NCBI GenBank assembly: GCA_965219415.1
Contig: CBDCNP010000002.1
Span: 3,616,001-3,680,000 of the forward strand
DNA length: 64,000 nucleotides
From: Candidatus Marinacidobacterales bacterium
Lineage (GTDB): Bacteria > Acidobacteriota > Vicinamibacteria > Marinacidobacterales > DATDRI01
Direction of reading: 5' to 3'
Shown: piece after piece, positions 21,680-31,050 of the stretch
How the letters are laid out: each line of letters opens with the position of its first letter
Numbering within the stretch: position 1 is the stretch's first letter
The notes under the pieces: model-generated
Told to the model about the DNA's origin: nothing
The model's database searches: none
The model's input: the letters and a program-made list of their open reading frames with translations, nothing else
Translations under genes and position numbers: made by a program

Positions 21680-22606
21680 TTAGATGACAGAGACGAGCGA
21701 AAGCTCGGAAAGCGTCTGGCGCACCTTCTCCACCTCTTCGTCGATCAAAGGTAGGATCGGCGGCCGCGGATACCCACCGGGCAGCTTCCTCAAATTCAAG
21801 GCGGCCTTAAAAATAGCCTGTGGTGAACCGAACTTCATGGAGTAATCCGGATTGATCCAATCCTCGAATAGTTTCCGATCTCGCGTCCCCGAGCGACGCG
21901 CCTTCTCGAGATCACCTGCCCATACGTGGTTGAAGAAATCGGGATGGTCGGCGCCAAGCACGGCACCCGCGCCGATCGTCCCGTCGCCACCATGTCGTTC
22001 GACGAGCGTGATGCCGAGCTCCGACATGGGAATGCCAAAGTAACGGACGCGATCCTTCAAGGCGAAAAATCCGTCGAGAAAGCGTCCGATCTCCCCCGTC
22101 GAGTTTTTGATCGCGACGACGGTATCCAGCTCGGTCAATTGCTCGAGTGTCTCGGTATCCATATCAATGTTGGTCCCCCGCGGCCAGTTGTAGACGCAAA
22201 TGGGTATCGCGACGACTTCGGAAACGGTACGGTAGAAATGCAAGATCTCCCGATTGCTTGGCACGACGTAGGGAGGTGGTGTTAGAAGAATTCCGTCGAG
22301 CCCAACTTCCTTGGCGGCTTGGGCGTAGTCGATCGCCTCTCGAGGTGTGTACGCGTTGCAACCACCCAGGATCGGAATTCGACCGCGAACCTGCTCCGCG
22401 GCTAAACGAAAGAGCTCCTTCCGTTCTTCCGGCAACAGACTGAACCACTCACCGGTGGTCCCGGCGACGGCCACCCCATGCATGCCCTCCGACACCATCC
22501 ATTCCAAGAGATCCCGCCATGCGGCGCGATCCAGCTCGCCGCTGGCGGTAAAGGGAGTGGTCACCGCTGGTAGGTAACCCTTCCATTCAACGGAACTACG
22601 ATCCAC
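21680..22606 (-). CDS. DapA (dihydrodipicolinate synthase) family lyase
   Basis: PAVTTPF, GTTGE, PPPY, YNWP, IKNS. Confidence 0.9.
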   Translation of the reverse strand: MDRSSVEWKGYLPAVTTPFTASGELDRAAWRDLLEWMVSEGMHGVAVAGTTGEWFSLLPEERKELFRLAAEQVRGRIPILGGCNAYTPREAIDYAQAAKEVGLDGILLTPPPYVVPSNREILHFYRTVSEVVAIPICVYNWPRGTNIDMDTETLEQLTELDTVVAIKNSTGEIGRFLDGFFALKDRVRYFGIPMSELGITLVERHGGDGTIGAGAVLGADHPDFFNHVWAGDLEKARRSGTRDRKLFEDWINPDYSMKFGSPQAIFKAALNLRKLPGGYPRPPILPLIDEEVEKVRQTLSELSLVSVI

Positions 22607-22682
22607 CGAATTACCTCCTAAATCGTGTTATAAACGCCGGTACGATGGCCAACCCATGCAGGGAGTCTAACCCAACTCGCTG

Positions 22683-24191
22683 ATGAAGACACCGAAAGCC
22701 TCGAGCGCCGAAGCCCTACCGCCACTGCAATTCTACGGCGGCCTTCCTGGCACCTTGGCGCCGTTCTTTCTTTACTTGTTGGGTGTCGCATGGCTCGCCT
22801 TTTCGGGAGCGCCGGACGAGCGCGGTTTCTGGCCCATCATCCTCGCCGCCATTACACTCGGTCTCCTTCTCGCCACCAACCGCACGACGTATTGCGAGGT
22901 CTTGATCAAGGGGATGAGCCAGCCCATCACCTCTATCATGATCATGGCTTGGTTGTTAGCGGGAGTGCTCGGCTCCTTGATGAACGCCTCTGGCTTTGTC
23001 GAAGCCCTAATCTGGTTGGCACGCCAAGTCGGCCTGTCGGGGGGCGGATTCGTCGGCGCTGCTTTCATCATCAGTGCCATTGTTTCGACATCGACGGGGA
23101 CCAGCTTCGGAACGATTTTTCTCTGTGGCCCTCTGCTCTATCCGGCCGGCGGGGCGCTGGGCGCAAACCCTGCAGTTCTCATCGGAGCGATCATTGGGGG
23201 AGCGACCTTCGGTGACAACATCTCGCCGATCTCCGATACCACCATCGCGTCTGCTCTAAGCCAACTCGCCGATATCGGGGGCGTGGTGAGGAGTCGACTC
23301 AAGTATGCATTGCCCGCAGCCGGGGTTGCTTTGTTGTTGTACATAGCCTTTGGCACCGCAGATGGTGCCTCGGCGGCAGGCGAGGGACTGTCGGAAGGAA
23401 ATCCCCGCGGCTTTCCCATGTTGATCGTCCCGGTGCTAGTGGTCACGCTCTTGCTCACGAAACGTCATCTCATTGAAGGGCTTCTCTTCGGCATATTGGC
23501 CGGCTCGCTCATCGGCCTTGCTTTCGGCCTTCTGAAGCCTTCCCAATTTCTTTACATCGACGCCGAAAATTTTATTGCGCGAGGGATCATTCTAGAAGGC
23601 CTCGAGCGAGGACTCGGTATTTCGATCCTGACCCTTTTGTTGATGGGGTTGGTTACTTCGCTACAAGCGACCGGAGTACTCAATCGCATCGTGGGATTCG
23701 CACAGAAACAGAGCAAGACACCGCGAGCCGCGGAGTGGTGGATCTTCGGAGCGGTGTCGACAGCGGTATTGCTGACGATGCACAGCGTGGTTGCCATTCT
23801 GACGGTGGGTGAGTTCTCCCGCGAGACGGGAGGGCGTTTCGGAATCTCTTCCTATCGCCGGGCCAACATTCTCGATGTCACCACTTCCTCTTTTCCCTTC
23901 ATCCTCCCGTGGTTCATTCCCACCATTCTGGCCGCCGGTACCACGGTCTCGGGTGAGGGGTTTGGAATGCCACGCGTCTCACCCCTCGACACCGGCCTCA
24001 ACAACTTCCATTCCTGGATGCTGTTGATCGTGATCGTGCTCGCAATTTGGACCGGTTACGGAAGGACGTTCCTTCCCGATAAGGCCAGGAAAACGGCGAA
24101 GAGAAGAACTAGCCGCGCTCTCCATTCATTTTCTCCCAGTAGCGGACCAGCTCGGCGAGAGGTACGGGCTTGGTCGGTGGTCTTGCCGTAA
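22683..24191 (+). CDS. NhaC-family Na+/H+ antiporter-like transporter
   Basis: STGTSFGT, GATFGDNISPISDTTI, many TM helices. Confidence 0.88.
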   Translation: MKTPKASSAEALPPLQFYGGLPGTLAPFFLYLLGVAWLAFSGAPDERGFWPIILAAITLGLLLATNRTTYCEVLIKGMSQPITSIMIMAWLLAGVLGSLMNASGFVEALIWLARQVGLSGGGFVGAAFIISAIVSTSTGTSFGTIFLCGPLLYPAGGALGANPAVLIGAIIGGATFGDNISPISDTTIASALSQLADIGGVVRSRLKYALPAAGVALLLYIAFGTADGASAAGEGLSEGNPRGFPMLIVPVLVVTLLLTKRHLIEGLLFGILAGSLIGLAFGLLKPSQFLYIDAENFIARGIILEGLERGLGISILTLLLMGLVTSLQATGVLNRIVGFAQKQSKTPRAAEWWIFGAVSTAVLLTMHSVVAILTVGEFSRETGGRFGISSYRRANILDVTTSSFPFILPWFIPTILAAGTTVSGEGFGMPRVSPLDTGLNNFHSWMLLIVIVLAIWTGYGRTFLPDKARKTAKRRTSRALHSFSPSSGPARREVRAWSVVLP

Positions 24192-25632
24192 ACGGACCAA
24201 TCTTCGAGATGTCTTCTCCGGTCTTGGCCGCGATCAATGTCGCGACGCTGAGCGCGCAGAACCGACCTTGGCATGGCCCCATGCCGGTGCGGGTAAACAG
24301 CTTGACGGCATTCGCGGTCCCGAGATGCGGATTCTCACGAAGCGCTAGATTCACTTGGCCGGCCGAAACCTCCTCGCAGCGGCAGACGGTCGTTTCATCC
24401 GACATGAGTTTCGCCAGCGCTTCGAATCGTGGCGTGGCGAACTCTTGAAGGGCTCGCGCGAACCGTCGCTGCCGGCGGAGTTTCCTCCGGACCGGGGCGG
24501 CCACTTGGCCCGCCGGCCCCGCCCCGATCCGCCCGAGGTCTCTCAGGAGACCGACCGCAGCCAGTCGTCCTTCCGAGATCGCAACATCGGCTCCCGCCAC
24601 CCCGGTGATCTCACCCGCGAGGTAGATGTAGGGCTCCGTCGATCGCATCCACTCGTCGTGTTCTAGAACCCATCCGCCCTGACGCGCACTCCACCGGTGA
24701 CGACAGCCTGCCTGTCGACCCAACTCCGTTGAAGCCAGAAAGCCGTAGTTCAAGCCGACCGTGTCACAAGGGATGGTCTCCTCGGTCCCTGGTACCACGT
24801 TCCAGGTATCATCGACCGAAGCGACGACCGCACTCTCGACTTCATCGTGTCCTTCCGCCCCCACGATGATCTTACCGAACGAGATCGGCACTCCGGCCCG
24901 CTCGAGACGCCTCCACGCCGCGTGCGACTGCCAAAGTTTGTCCCAACTCGTCCAAACATCCGGGAGCTGCTTTATCGTATCAAAGAACGACGGCCTCGAC
25001 TGGGCGAAGAAGACGCCCGCGATCTCCGCCCCCTCATTGAGCAGCTGGTCGGCGATCAAGATCTGAAGGGGGTGCGCCCCTACGAAACAGAACCGCTTAC
25101 CTGGCAAGAAACGCTGGCTCTTGACGAAGGCTTGGATCCCCCCTGCCGCCATCACTCCCGGCAACGTCCATCCGGCGAACGCCACCGGCAAATCGAAGGC
25201 CCCGGGAGCAAGGAGCACTCTCCTCGCACGAATGAGATCGACACCGCCTCCTCCGGATAACGCAAGTCCCAATCCCGGCGCGGGCTGGACGGCAGCACCC
25301 GGACTTTGCGTTACCGATCCGAGCTCGGGTGCCGATCGGATAACGGGGACTCCTTCGACTCCGATGGCGAACAATCCCCACACCGTTGTCTCGAGTTCAT
25401 ATCGAAGCTTCTTCTCGGAGGCGGCTCGCAGAATTTCCCTACCAAGGGCATGCGTCCTGTCGACGCCGCGGTCGTTAACCCTAAAAGTCTTCGGTGGCTG
25501 ACGGTAGATCTGTCCACCGGGTCGGGCCTGCTCGTCGATCAAAACGACATCGACACCATGATCGGCGAGAACCAACGCCGCGGCCAATCCGCCCGGACCG
25601 GCGCCCACGATCGCGACCTCAGCGCGGTCCAT
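24109..25632 (-). CDS. HcnB/opine oxidase subunit A-like FAD/NAD(P) oxidoreductase
   Basis: GAGPGG, PGGQIYR, GWTLPGVM, C-terminal CRCEEV...RTGMGPCQGRFC. Confidence 0.88.
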   Translation of the reverse strand: MDRAEVAIVGAGPGGLAAALVLADHGVDVVLIDEQARPGGQIYRQPPKTFRVNDRGVDRTHALGREILRAASEKKLRYELETTVWGLFAIGVEGVPVIRSAPELGSVTQSPGAAVQPAPGLGLALSGGGGVDLIRARRVLLAPGAFDLPVAFAGWTLPGVMAAGGIQAFVKSQRFLPGKRFCFVGAHPLQILIADQLLNEGAEIAGVFFAQSRPSFFDTIKQLPDVWTSWDKLWQSHAAWRRLERAGVPISFGKIIVGAEGHDEVESAVVASVDDTWNVVPGTEETIPCDTVGLNYGFLASTELGRQAGCRHRWSARQGGWVLEHDEWMRSTEPYIYLAGEITGVAGADVAISEGRLAAVGLLRDLGRIGAGPAGQVAAPVRRKLRRQRRFARALQEFATPRFEALAKLMSDETTVCRCEEVSAGQVNLALRENPHLGTANAVKLFTRTGMGPCQGRFCALSVATLIAAKTGEDISKIGPFTARPPTKPVPLAELVRYWEKMNGERG

Positions 25633-25909
25633 GCACTCCTCCCGTCGCGACTTTCATGGCTGGTCGGACGGCGATCATGCAAGATCTGACCTCGGTAACA
25701 CCGTCCACGGTCACCACACAGTCGAAACAAACGCCCATATTGCAGAAGGGAGCTCGGGGCGAGCCTCCCTGCGTGCTCCGGAAAACACGCCGCCCGGAGG
25801 CGAGGATCGCAGTAGCCAGGGACTCTCCAGGAAAAGCTTCTACCTGCTCGCCGTCGATCTCGATGACGACCGCCGCCGGCCGTTCGGTGTTGTTCACGAG
25901 TCGCCGCAT
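25619..25909 (-). CDS. HcnA-like 2Fe-2S subunit
   Basis: GESLATAIL, FCNMGVCFDC, RSC. Confidence 0.88.
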   Translation of the reverse strand: MRRLVNNTERPAAVVIEIDGEQVEAFPGESLATAILASGRRVFRSTQGGSPRAPFCNMGVCFDCVVTVDGVTEVRSCMIAVRPAMKVATGGVHGPR

Positions 25910-25919
25910 GATCGTGGTC

Positions 25920-27113
25920 CTATACTGGATTCAAATGGTCCAGGCGCTGAGGGCTGTAAAGATCCATGGGCAACGAGGCCTCTCCTTTCAATATTTGCTC
26001 ACTCAGCGAATGGGCATAGGTGAGGCCGATCGTGAAGCCCGAGCCTCCGATGGCGACGAAGAGTCCGGGACGACGGTGAACCTCGCCCAAGACCGGGATC
26101 TGATCGGGGGTGACCCCGACGATCCCCGACCACGTGCGGATGAGTCGCAGAGACCGAACCGCCGGCACGACGTGCGACGCCAGCGCCGCGCTACCCGCGA
26201 GTGAATCGAGCAAGAGGTCCGGAGAGTCATCGATGTTTGCGTAGTTCTCTGTGCGACGAAGCCAGGCCGGCCACCCCCCACCAATCAAGACGTTCCCATC
26301 ACGCATCTGCTTCATCGAGAGGCGACGGCCCACGTGTTGTACGAGGTGAGTCATTGTTGGCGACACCGACTCGGTGGCCATCATGCTGAGCGCCACCGGA
26401 ATCACCGGAAGGTTCACGTTGGCCAAAGCGGCCACCCGCCCCGTCCACGCCCCTGCCGTCACAAGCACCGTCTCTGTTTCGAGCTCGAGCCCCGACTCCG
26501 TCCGCACCGTCCATCGGCCGCGTCGGCGGCCGAGGTAGTTCACTCGTTGGTTCGTCGACAACTCGGCCCCCAGCCGTATCGCCGCCCGTGCCAACGCAGG
26601 CGCTACGAGGCGCGGGTTGGCGTGCCCCTCTTTGGAATAGTACCCGGCAGCCTGGATCGATTTGGATAGATAAGGCGCCATCCTTCGCGCTTCGTCACCG
26701 GTCAAGAGCTCCGTTTCCAGGTTCCACTTGCTCTCGAGAGCTCTTTTCTTTTCCAACAACTGGATCTCGTCGCGGGTCTCGGCGACGATGAAACCGCCAT
26801 CCTGCAAGATCTCGAGATCCTCACCCAGCTCGACCTCCAGGTTGCTCCATCTGGCCACCGCATCCTGCACCAGCGGTATCGAGAGAGCGAACTGCTCCGC
26901 CAGCGCGTCGCCGTGCTCGATCATCCGGTGCTCGAGTTGGAAGTGAAGGCTGCCGGCATTTTGCCCGGAAGCCTGACGATTAAGCTGTTCCCCCTCGAGA
27001 AGAACGACCCGCGCGCCCGCGCGCGCCAAATAGTAGGAGGCGGCGCAACCCAACAGGCCTCCGCCGATCACGACGACATCGGAGCGCGAGCTAACGGACT
27101 CGGGAAGATTCAA
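25920..27113 (-). CDS. HcnC/DadA-like FAD-dependent amino acid oxidoreductase
   Basis: IGGGLLG, ASGQNAG, AGAW, TPDQIPVLG. Confidence 0.88.
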   Translation of the reverse strand: MNLPESVSSRSDVVVIGGGLLGCAASYYLARAGARVVLLEGEQLNRQASGQNAGSLHFQLEHRMIEHGDALAEQFALSIPLVQDAVARWSNLEVELGEDLEILQDGGFIVAETRDEIQLLEKKRALESKWNLETELLTGDEARRMAPYLSKSIQAAGYYSKEGHANPRLVAPALARAAIRLGAELSTNQRVNYLGRRRGRWTVRTESGLELETETVLVTAGAWTGRVAALANVNLPVIPVALSMMATESVSPTMTHLVQHVGRRLSMKQMRDGNVLIGGGWPAWLRRTENYANIDDSPDLLLDSLAGSAALASHVVPAVRSLRLIRTWSGIVGVTPDQIPVLGEVHRRPGLFVAIGGSGFTIGLTYAHSLSEQILKGEASLPMDLYSPQRLDHLNPV

Positions 27114-27165
27114 AGGAAGCCTAGTTTATCTCCCTCAACGACTTGATTAAAGTAGAATCTGCTAC

Positions 27166-27723
27166 ATGCCCCCCCGCCCGAAGCGCCTGACCGGGTATTG
27201 CGCCGTGGCGCCCGACCACCCGTTTCATGGACCGTACCACGACCGGGAGTACGGCTTTCCCATTCGAACGGACAGTGCACTCTTCGAGCGTCTAGCACTC
27301 GAAATCAATCAGGCAGGACTCTCTTGGTTGACCATTCTGAAGAAGAAAGACAACTTCCGAGTCGCTTTCGACAAGTTCGATCTCGATCGCGTGGCAGCCT
27401 ACCGAAGCCGCGACCGGGCACGCCTTCTACGGAATGCTGGCATTATTCGCAATCGCCTGAAGGTGAACGCAGTCATCGAGAACGCTCGGCGACTCGTCGA
27501 CATCCGTAAAAGCCACGGCAGCTTCGCCAAGTGGCTGGACGCCCACCACTCCCTTATTAAGGCGGAGTGGGTGAAGTTGTTCAAGAAGACCTTCCTTTTT
27601 ACGGGAGGGGAGATCACCGGAGAGTTTCTGTTGAGCACGGGTTACTTGAAGGGCGCCCACGTACCGGCGTGCCCAGTGTACAAACGAGTGGCTCGATTGA
27701 AACCACCCTGGATGCTCACCTAA
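27166..27723 (+). CDS. tag: DNA-3-methyladenine glycosylase I
   Basis: YHDREYG, LEINQAGLSWLTILKK, IIRNRLK, HxxxC. Confidence 0.93.
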   Translation: MPPRPKRLTGYCAVAPDHPFHGPYHDREYGFPIRTDSALFERLALEINQAGLSWLTILKKKDNFRVAFDKFDLDRVAAYRSRDRARLLRNAGIIRNRLKVNAVIENARRLVDIRKSHGSFAKWLDAHHSLIKAEWVKLFKKTFLFTGGEITGEFLLSTGYLKGAHVPACPVYKRVARLKPPWMLT

Positions 27724-28051
27724 AGAGAGGAGCCCTCAGCTCGCGCGGCCGCCTTCGTTCGCAGAGTGGGGTCTGGGCGAACTTCGGCGAGGCCTCGCCG
27801 TAGCAATGCGGAGGCGGGCAGTCGGCCGCCGACGAAGCGCGGGAGCAGGAGCAGTCAGCTGCCGCGGAGCACAATGTTGCGAAGCGGCGGCGATGGGGGT
27901 GGGGTCCCCGTCGCCCTTGGCGACGATGTGGGGCTCAGGCGATTGAGAGATTTTCGTAGTAGAAATAGACTAGTCCTGGGGCCGGGCCCTGCCTTATCCG
28001 ATTGATGCGCCTCTCGCCGACGCTCGGCCGGCAAGGCCCGGCCCTCAGGTT

Positions 28052-28438
28052 CTAACGGAAGGTCACGCGGTGGTTATGCCCGTCGTTGTTCGTCGAGGTC
28101 ACCTGCACCCGTTGGCCGTCCCCAATCTGAGTGAGCTCGGCGCCCGTTAAATTCACGGTGTGGGAATGGTCGGCGCTTCCCGTGATGTCGATCGCCACAT
28201 CGTTGCCCCCGTTTATCTGAACGTCGGTCACGGTCGCGATGTGACCGTGATTAGCGGATATGGTTCCGTTGACATCGCCGGCGCCACCACCACCGTTTCC
28301 GCCGCCACCCCCGGTGCTGGGAGCGGTGGGCGAGCTACTGTCCGAGCCGCACCCGGTGATGGTGATGACGACACCACTCAGAAGTGCCATCACGGACTCT
28401 CGCGTGAACTGCCGTCGGCTCAGTAATTGGTCATCCAT
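28052..28438 (-). CDS. Tat-exported His-rich lipoprotein, probable metal binding
   Basis: SRRQF twin-Arg, lipobox ITGC, Gly linker, three HxH motifs (NHGH, DHSH, GHNH). Confidence 0.7.
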   Translation of the reverse strand: MDDQLLSRRQFTRESVMALLSGVVITITGCGSDSSSPTAPSTGGGGGNGGGGAGDVNGTISANHGHIATVTDVQINGGNDVAIDITGSADHSHTVNLTGAELTQIGDGQRVQVTSTNNDGHNHRVTFR

Positions 28439-28505
28439 GTTTCGATCTCCTTTGATGAACATTCTCGTTCGAGCGCTGGCTCCGCGCCAAGGACAATCTC
28501 AGGAG

Positions 28506-28522
28506 TGCAAGCTGGATGCCAA
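28506..28522 (-). promoter_or_regulatory. Sigma-54 (-24/-12) promoter
   Basis: Minus strand TTGGCATCCAGCTTGCA with exact GG-N10-GC spacing, ~70 bp upstream of the lipoprotein start. Confidence 0.7.
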
Positions 28523-28619
28523 GGCTAAATGAAGAAGGTAGGCGGAAGGGGATCGGCGGCGCTTACGATTTACGTAAGCACATTACGTTTCTGGAAACTG
28601 GCAAGTGAGGCACTCCCCA

Positions 28620-29492
28620 TCACTCCGCGCCGTGCCGATGCTTCCCGGTTCGAGACGTAGGGGCTAGGCGCATGTCTTTGTTCTCAATCTCGGCGGGCAT
28701 CAAGAGCAGGTCCGCCACCTTGGTGATGGCCTCGAAGACCTGCACGATGGTCAAGACCTCGAGGATGCCTTCTTCGCCCGCTCCTAAGCGCAGCAGCTCG
28801 CGGCGATGAAAATTGATGCCGTAGGGCGAACGGGTCACGACCGACGCCGCGAATCCGATCATGGTTTTGTAAGGCCGCGAGAGAACGCGATCGGGCAGCG
28901 TGCCGCGGACATAGTCCCAGGTCGCCTTGAGGTGGGTACCCCGACCAACGAGATAGCGGAATGCGTTGGGAAGCTCTCCTCCGTAGAAATCCGTTATTTG
29001 CGTTAGAAGCTTCTGCTGAGCAGCAGGAACCCTCTCCAAGCTGGGTGGGGGATAAAGACGTGCAACGAGCGTCGATCGTTTCTCATCACCATCCAGGGGG
29101 ACTCCGATCGCGTCCGCGAAGGCATTCACGTATTGGGCCGCCGCCATGGCGAAGCCCGCTTCTAGCCATGCCTCGTCGTTATCCATGCCCGCCCGCCGGG
29201 CGGACCACTGATGGATGGATGTTCAGTACTCGCAGGCGTTCATCGCCGATACGCAGGTGGCGATCATCTCCTTGCTGGCGGCATCCAGTTTGCCGGGGGC
29301 CCATGCCACCTTGGAAGCATTCGACTCGCCGCGCCATATTTCCGGGATCGCCGAAATGACGCGGCCCATCGTGCTATCGAAGTCGATGCCGAAACGATCT
29401 CGGACCAAGCGCAGGAAATCTTGGATCTCGGGGCCCTGAGATTCGCTATCTGCAAGCTCGATGCTGGCGCTGTTCGCGTCTGGTCGGCGCAT
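28620..29492 (-). CDS. AhpD/carboxymuconolactone decarboxylase-like probable selenoprotein (CxxU)
   Basis: ORFs 29223-29492 and 28620-29186 are in frame; the TGA at 29225-29223 falls in NACEY(U)TSIH, the AhpD CxxC position; hairpin immediately downstream. Confidence 0.8.
29181..29216 (-). promoter_or_regulatory. Putative bacterial SECIS element
   Basis: AUCCAU-CAGUG-GUCCGCCC-GGC-GGGCGGGC-AUGGAU; G-initiated apical loop 25 nt after the UGA. Confidence 0.65.
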
Positions 29493-29514
29493 GAGACGTT
29501 TCTCCTTCCGCTCT

Positions 29515-30387
29515 TTATGCGGGGTCCGCCGCTTTTTTCTTGTACACGTATACCATTAGGTCTTGAAACCTGCCCGGTTGCACCGGCGTCCGGACGTCTC
29601 CGCGTACCTGGTATCCGAAGCCGCCACGTTCCAAGAGCCCTAGGAAATCCGCCAAGCGGTCCTCTTCCGGATCCATATGGTGATGATACTCAATGGCCAT
29701 TTGACGGATGAAGCTGATCTTTCCAGAGTCGACGAGCTCCCGAATAACTCGGGACTCCGCCCCTTCGACGTCGATCTTGAGGAGGTCGACCGGCTCGTCA
29801 AGGTACTCGGAGAGTCGAGCCGAAGAAACTTTTATCGGCAGCGTCGAGCTTCTCTTGGAAACCACGCTCCCCATTCCCGCGCCCGGCCCTCGTGCGTCGG
29901 AGTAGAACTCGACTGGGCCTTCCACGTTCGACACTGCCTTGTTTACAAGCGTGACGTCTTCAAATCCGTTTGCTTCGACGTTACGCTTCAACAAGGAGAA
30001 GGTGTCGGGGTCAGGCTCGAAGGCAAGGACCCTGCAGTCGGGGTAGAGTCGCTTGAAGAAGAGGATGGACATACCTAGATTCGCGCCACAGTCCACGATG
30101 AAGGGCCGTGTCGTATCGTTCGAGAAAAGATAGTCTCTCGTCAGGAATATTTCGATGAAGATGTATCGCAAATGACGATAGTCGAAGAACTCCATCTCGG
30201 CGCCCAGAATGCGCTTGCGACGTGGCTTGCCATCTGCCGTCGGCTTGAGAAGAGAGCGGAGCTCGATACCCAAGTAGCAGGTCAACGTCCTGAGGCGTCC
30301 GTCAGCGGGATCGTCGCGCAGGATTTTGGGACCTAGGCGCAGAATTCTCGACACCGCTCGTTGGGTATCGTCGAGCCGCTCAGCCAT
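29515..30387 (-). CDS. FkbM family methyltransferase
   Basis: VDCGANLG, AFEPDP, LKIDVEGAE, IEYH. Confidence 0.9.
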   Translation of the reverse strand: MAERLDDTQRAVSRILRLGPKILRDDPADGRLRTLTCYLGIELRSLLKPTADGKPRRKRILGAEMEFFDYRHLRYIFIEIFLTRDYLFSNDTTRPFIVDCGANLGMSILFFKRLYPDCRVLAFEPDPDTFSLLKRNVEANGFEDVTLVNKAVSNVEGPVEFYSDARGPGAGMGSVVSKRSSTLPIKVSSARLSEYLDEPVDLLKIDVEGAESRVIRELVDSGKISFIRQMAIEYHHHMDPEEDRLADFLGLLERGGFGYQVRGDVRTPVQPGRFQDLMVYVYKKKAADPA

Positions 30388-30472
30388 AGGAATTCGGGAA
30401 CAGACCCGAAGAGAATAGATCGGAGGGTAGGGGGGAAGCCAACCGGCACCGGGGCCGAAAGCTGACGTAGGA

Positions 30473-31048
30473 TCAGCCGGTGCGTTTTTCGAATGCAGCG
30501 ATCTCGGATTCCTGATCTAGCAGGAAATCGAGCTCGTCCTTGCCCTGCAGCAGACAAAAACGCGCGAAAGCATCGATGGGAAAGTGCAACCCTTTGCCGT
30601 TCGGCAAGGTCATGGACTGCGCCTCCAGATCGATGACGAGCTCCATGCCGGGTTCTTTCATCACGGTGCGGTGGATCTCCTCATCTACTACGATCGGTAG
30701 GAGTCCATTCTTGAGTGCATTGTTGCGGAAGATGTCGGCGAACCGCGTGCTCACCACGGCTCGGAATCCGAAGTCGACGAGCGCCCAGGGGGCGTGCTCG
30801 CGGGACGAGCCGCATCCGAAGTTGTCGCCCGCAACGAGAATGCGGGCTCCCGTCGTGTCGACTTGGTTCAGGACAAAATCGGGCCTGGGATTTCCCTGAC
30901 CGTCGTATCGCCAATCTGCGAAGAGTCTTTCGCCGAGTCCTTCCTTGTTGGTGACGGTCAGGAATCGTGCTGGGATTATTTGGTCCGTATCGACGTTCGC
31001 CATGGGTAGAACGATGGTGCGTGACTTGATGACTCGAACGACTTCCAT
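30473..31048 (-). CDS. leuD: 3-isopropylmalate dehydratase small subunit
   Basis: [36 protein letters not shown]. Confidence 0.96.
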   Translation of the reverse strand: MEVVRVIKSRTIVLPMANVDTDQIIPARFLTVTNKEGLGERLFADWRYDGQGNPRPDFVLNQVDTTGARILVAGDNFGCGSSREHAPWALVDFGFRAVVSTRFADIFRNNALKNGLLPIVVDEEIHRTVMKEPGMELVIDLEAQSMTLPNGKGLHFPIDAFARFCLLQGKDELDFLLDQESEIAAFEKRTG

Positions 31049-31050
31049 GG

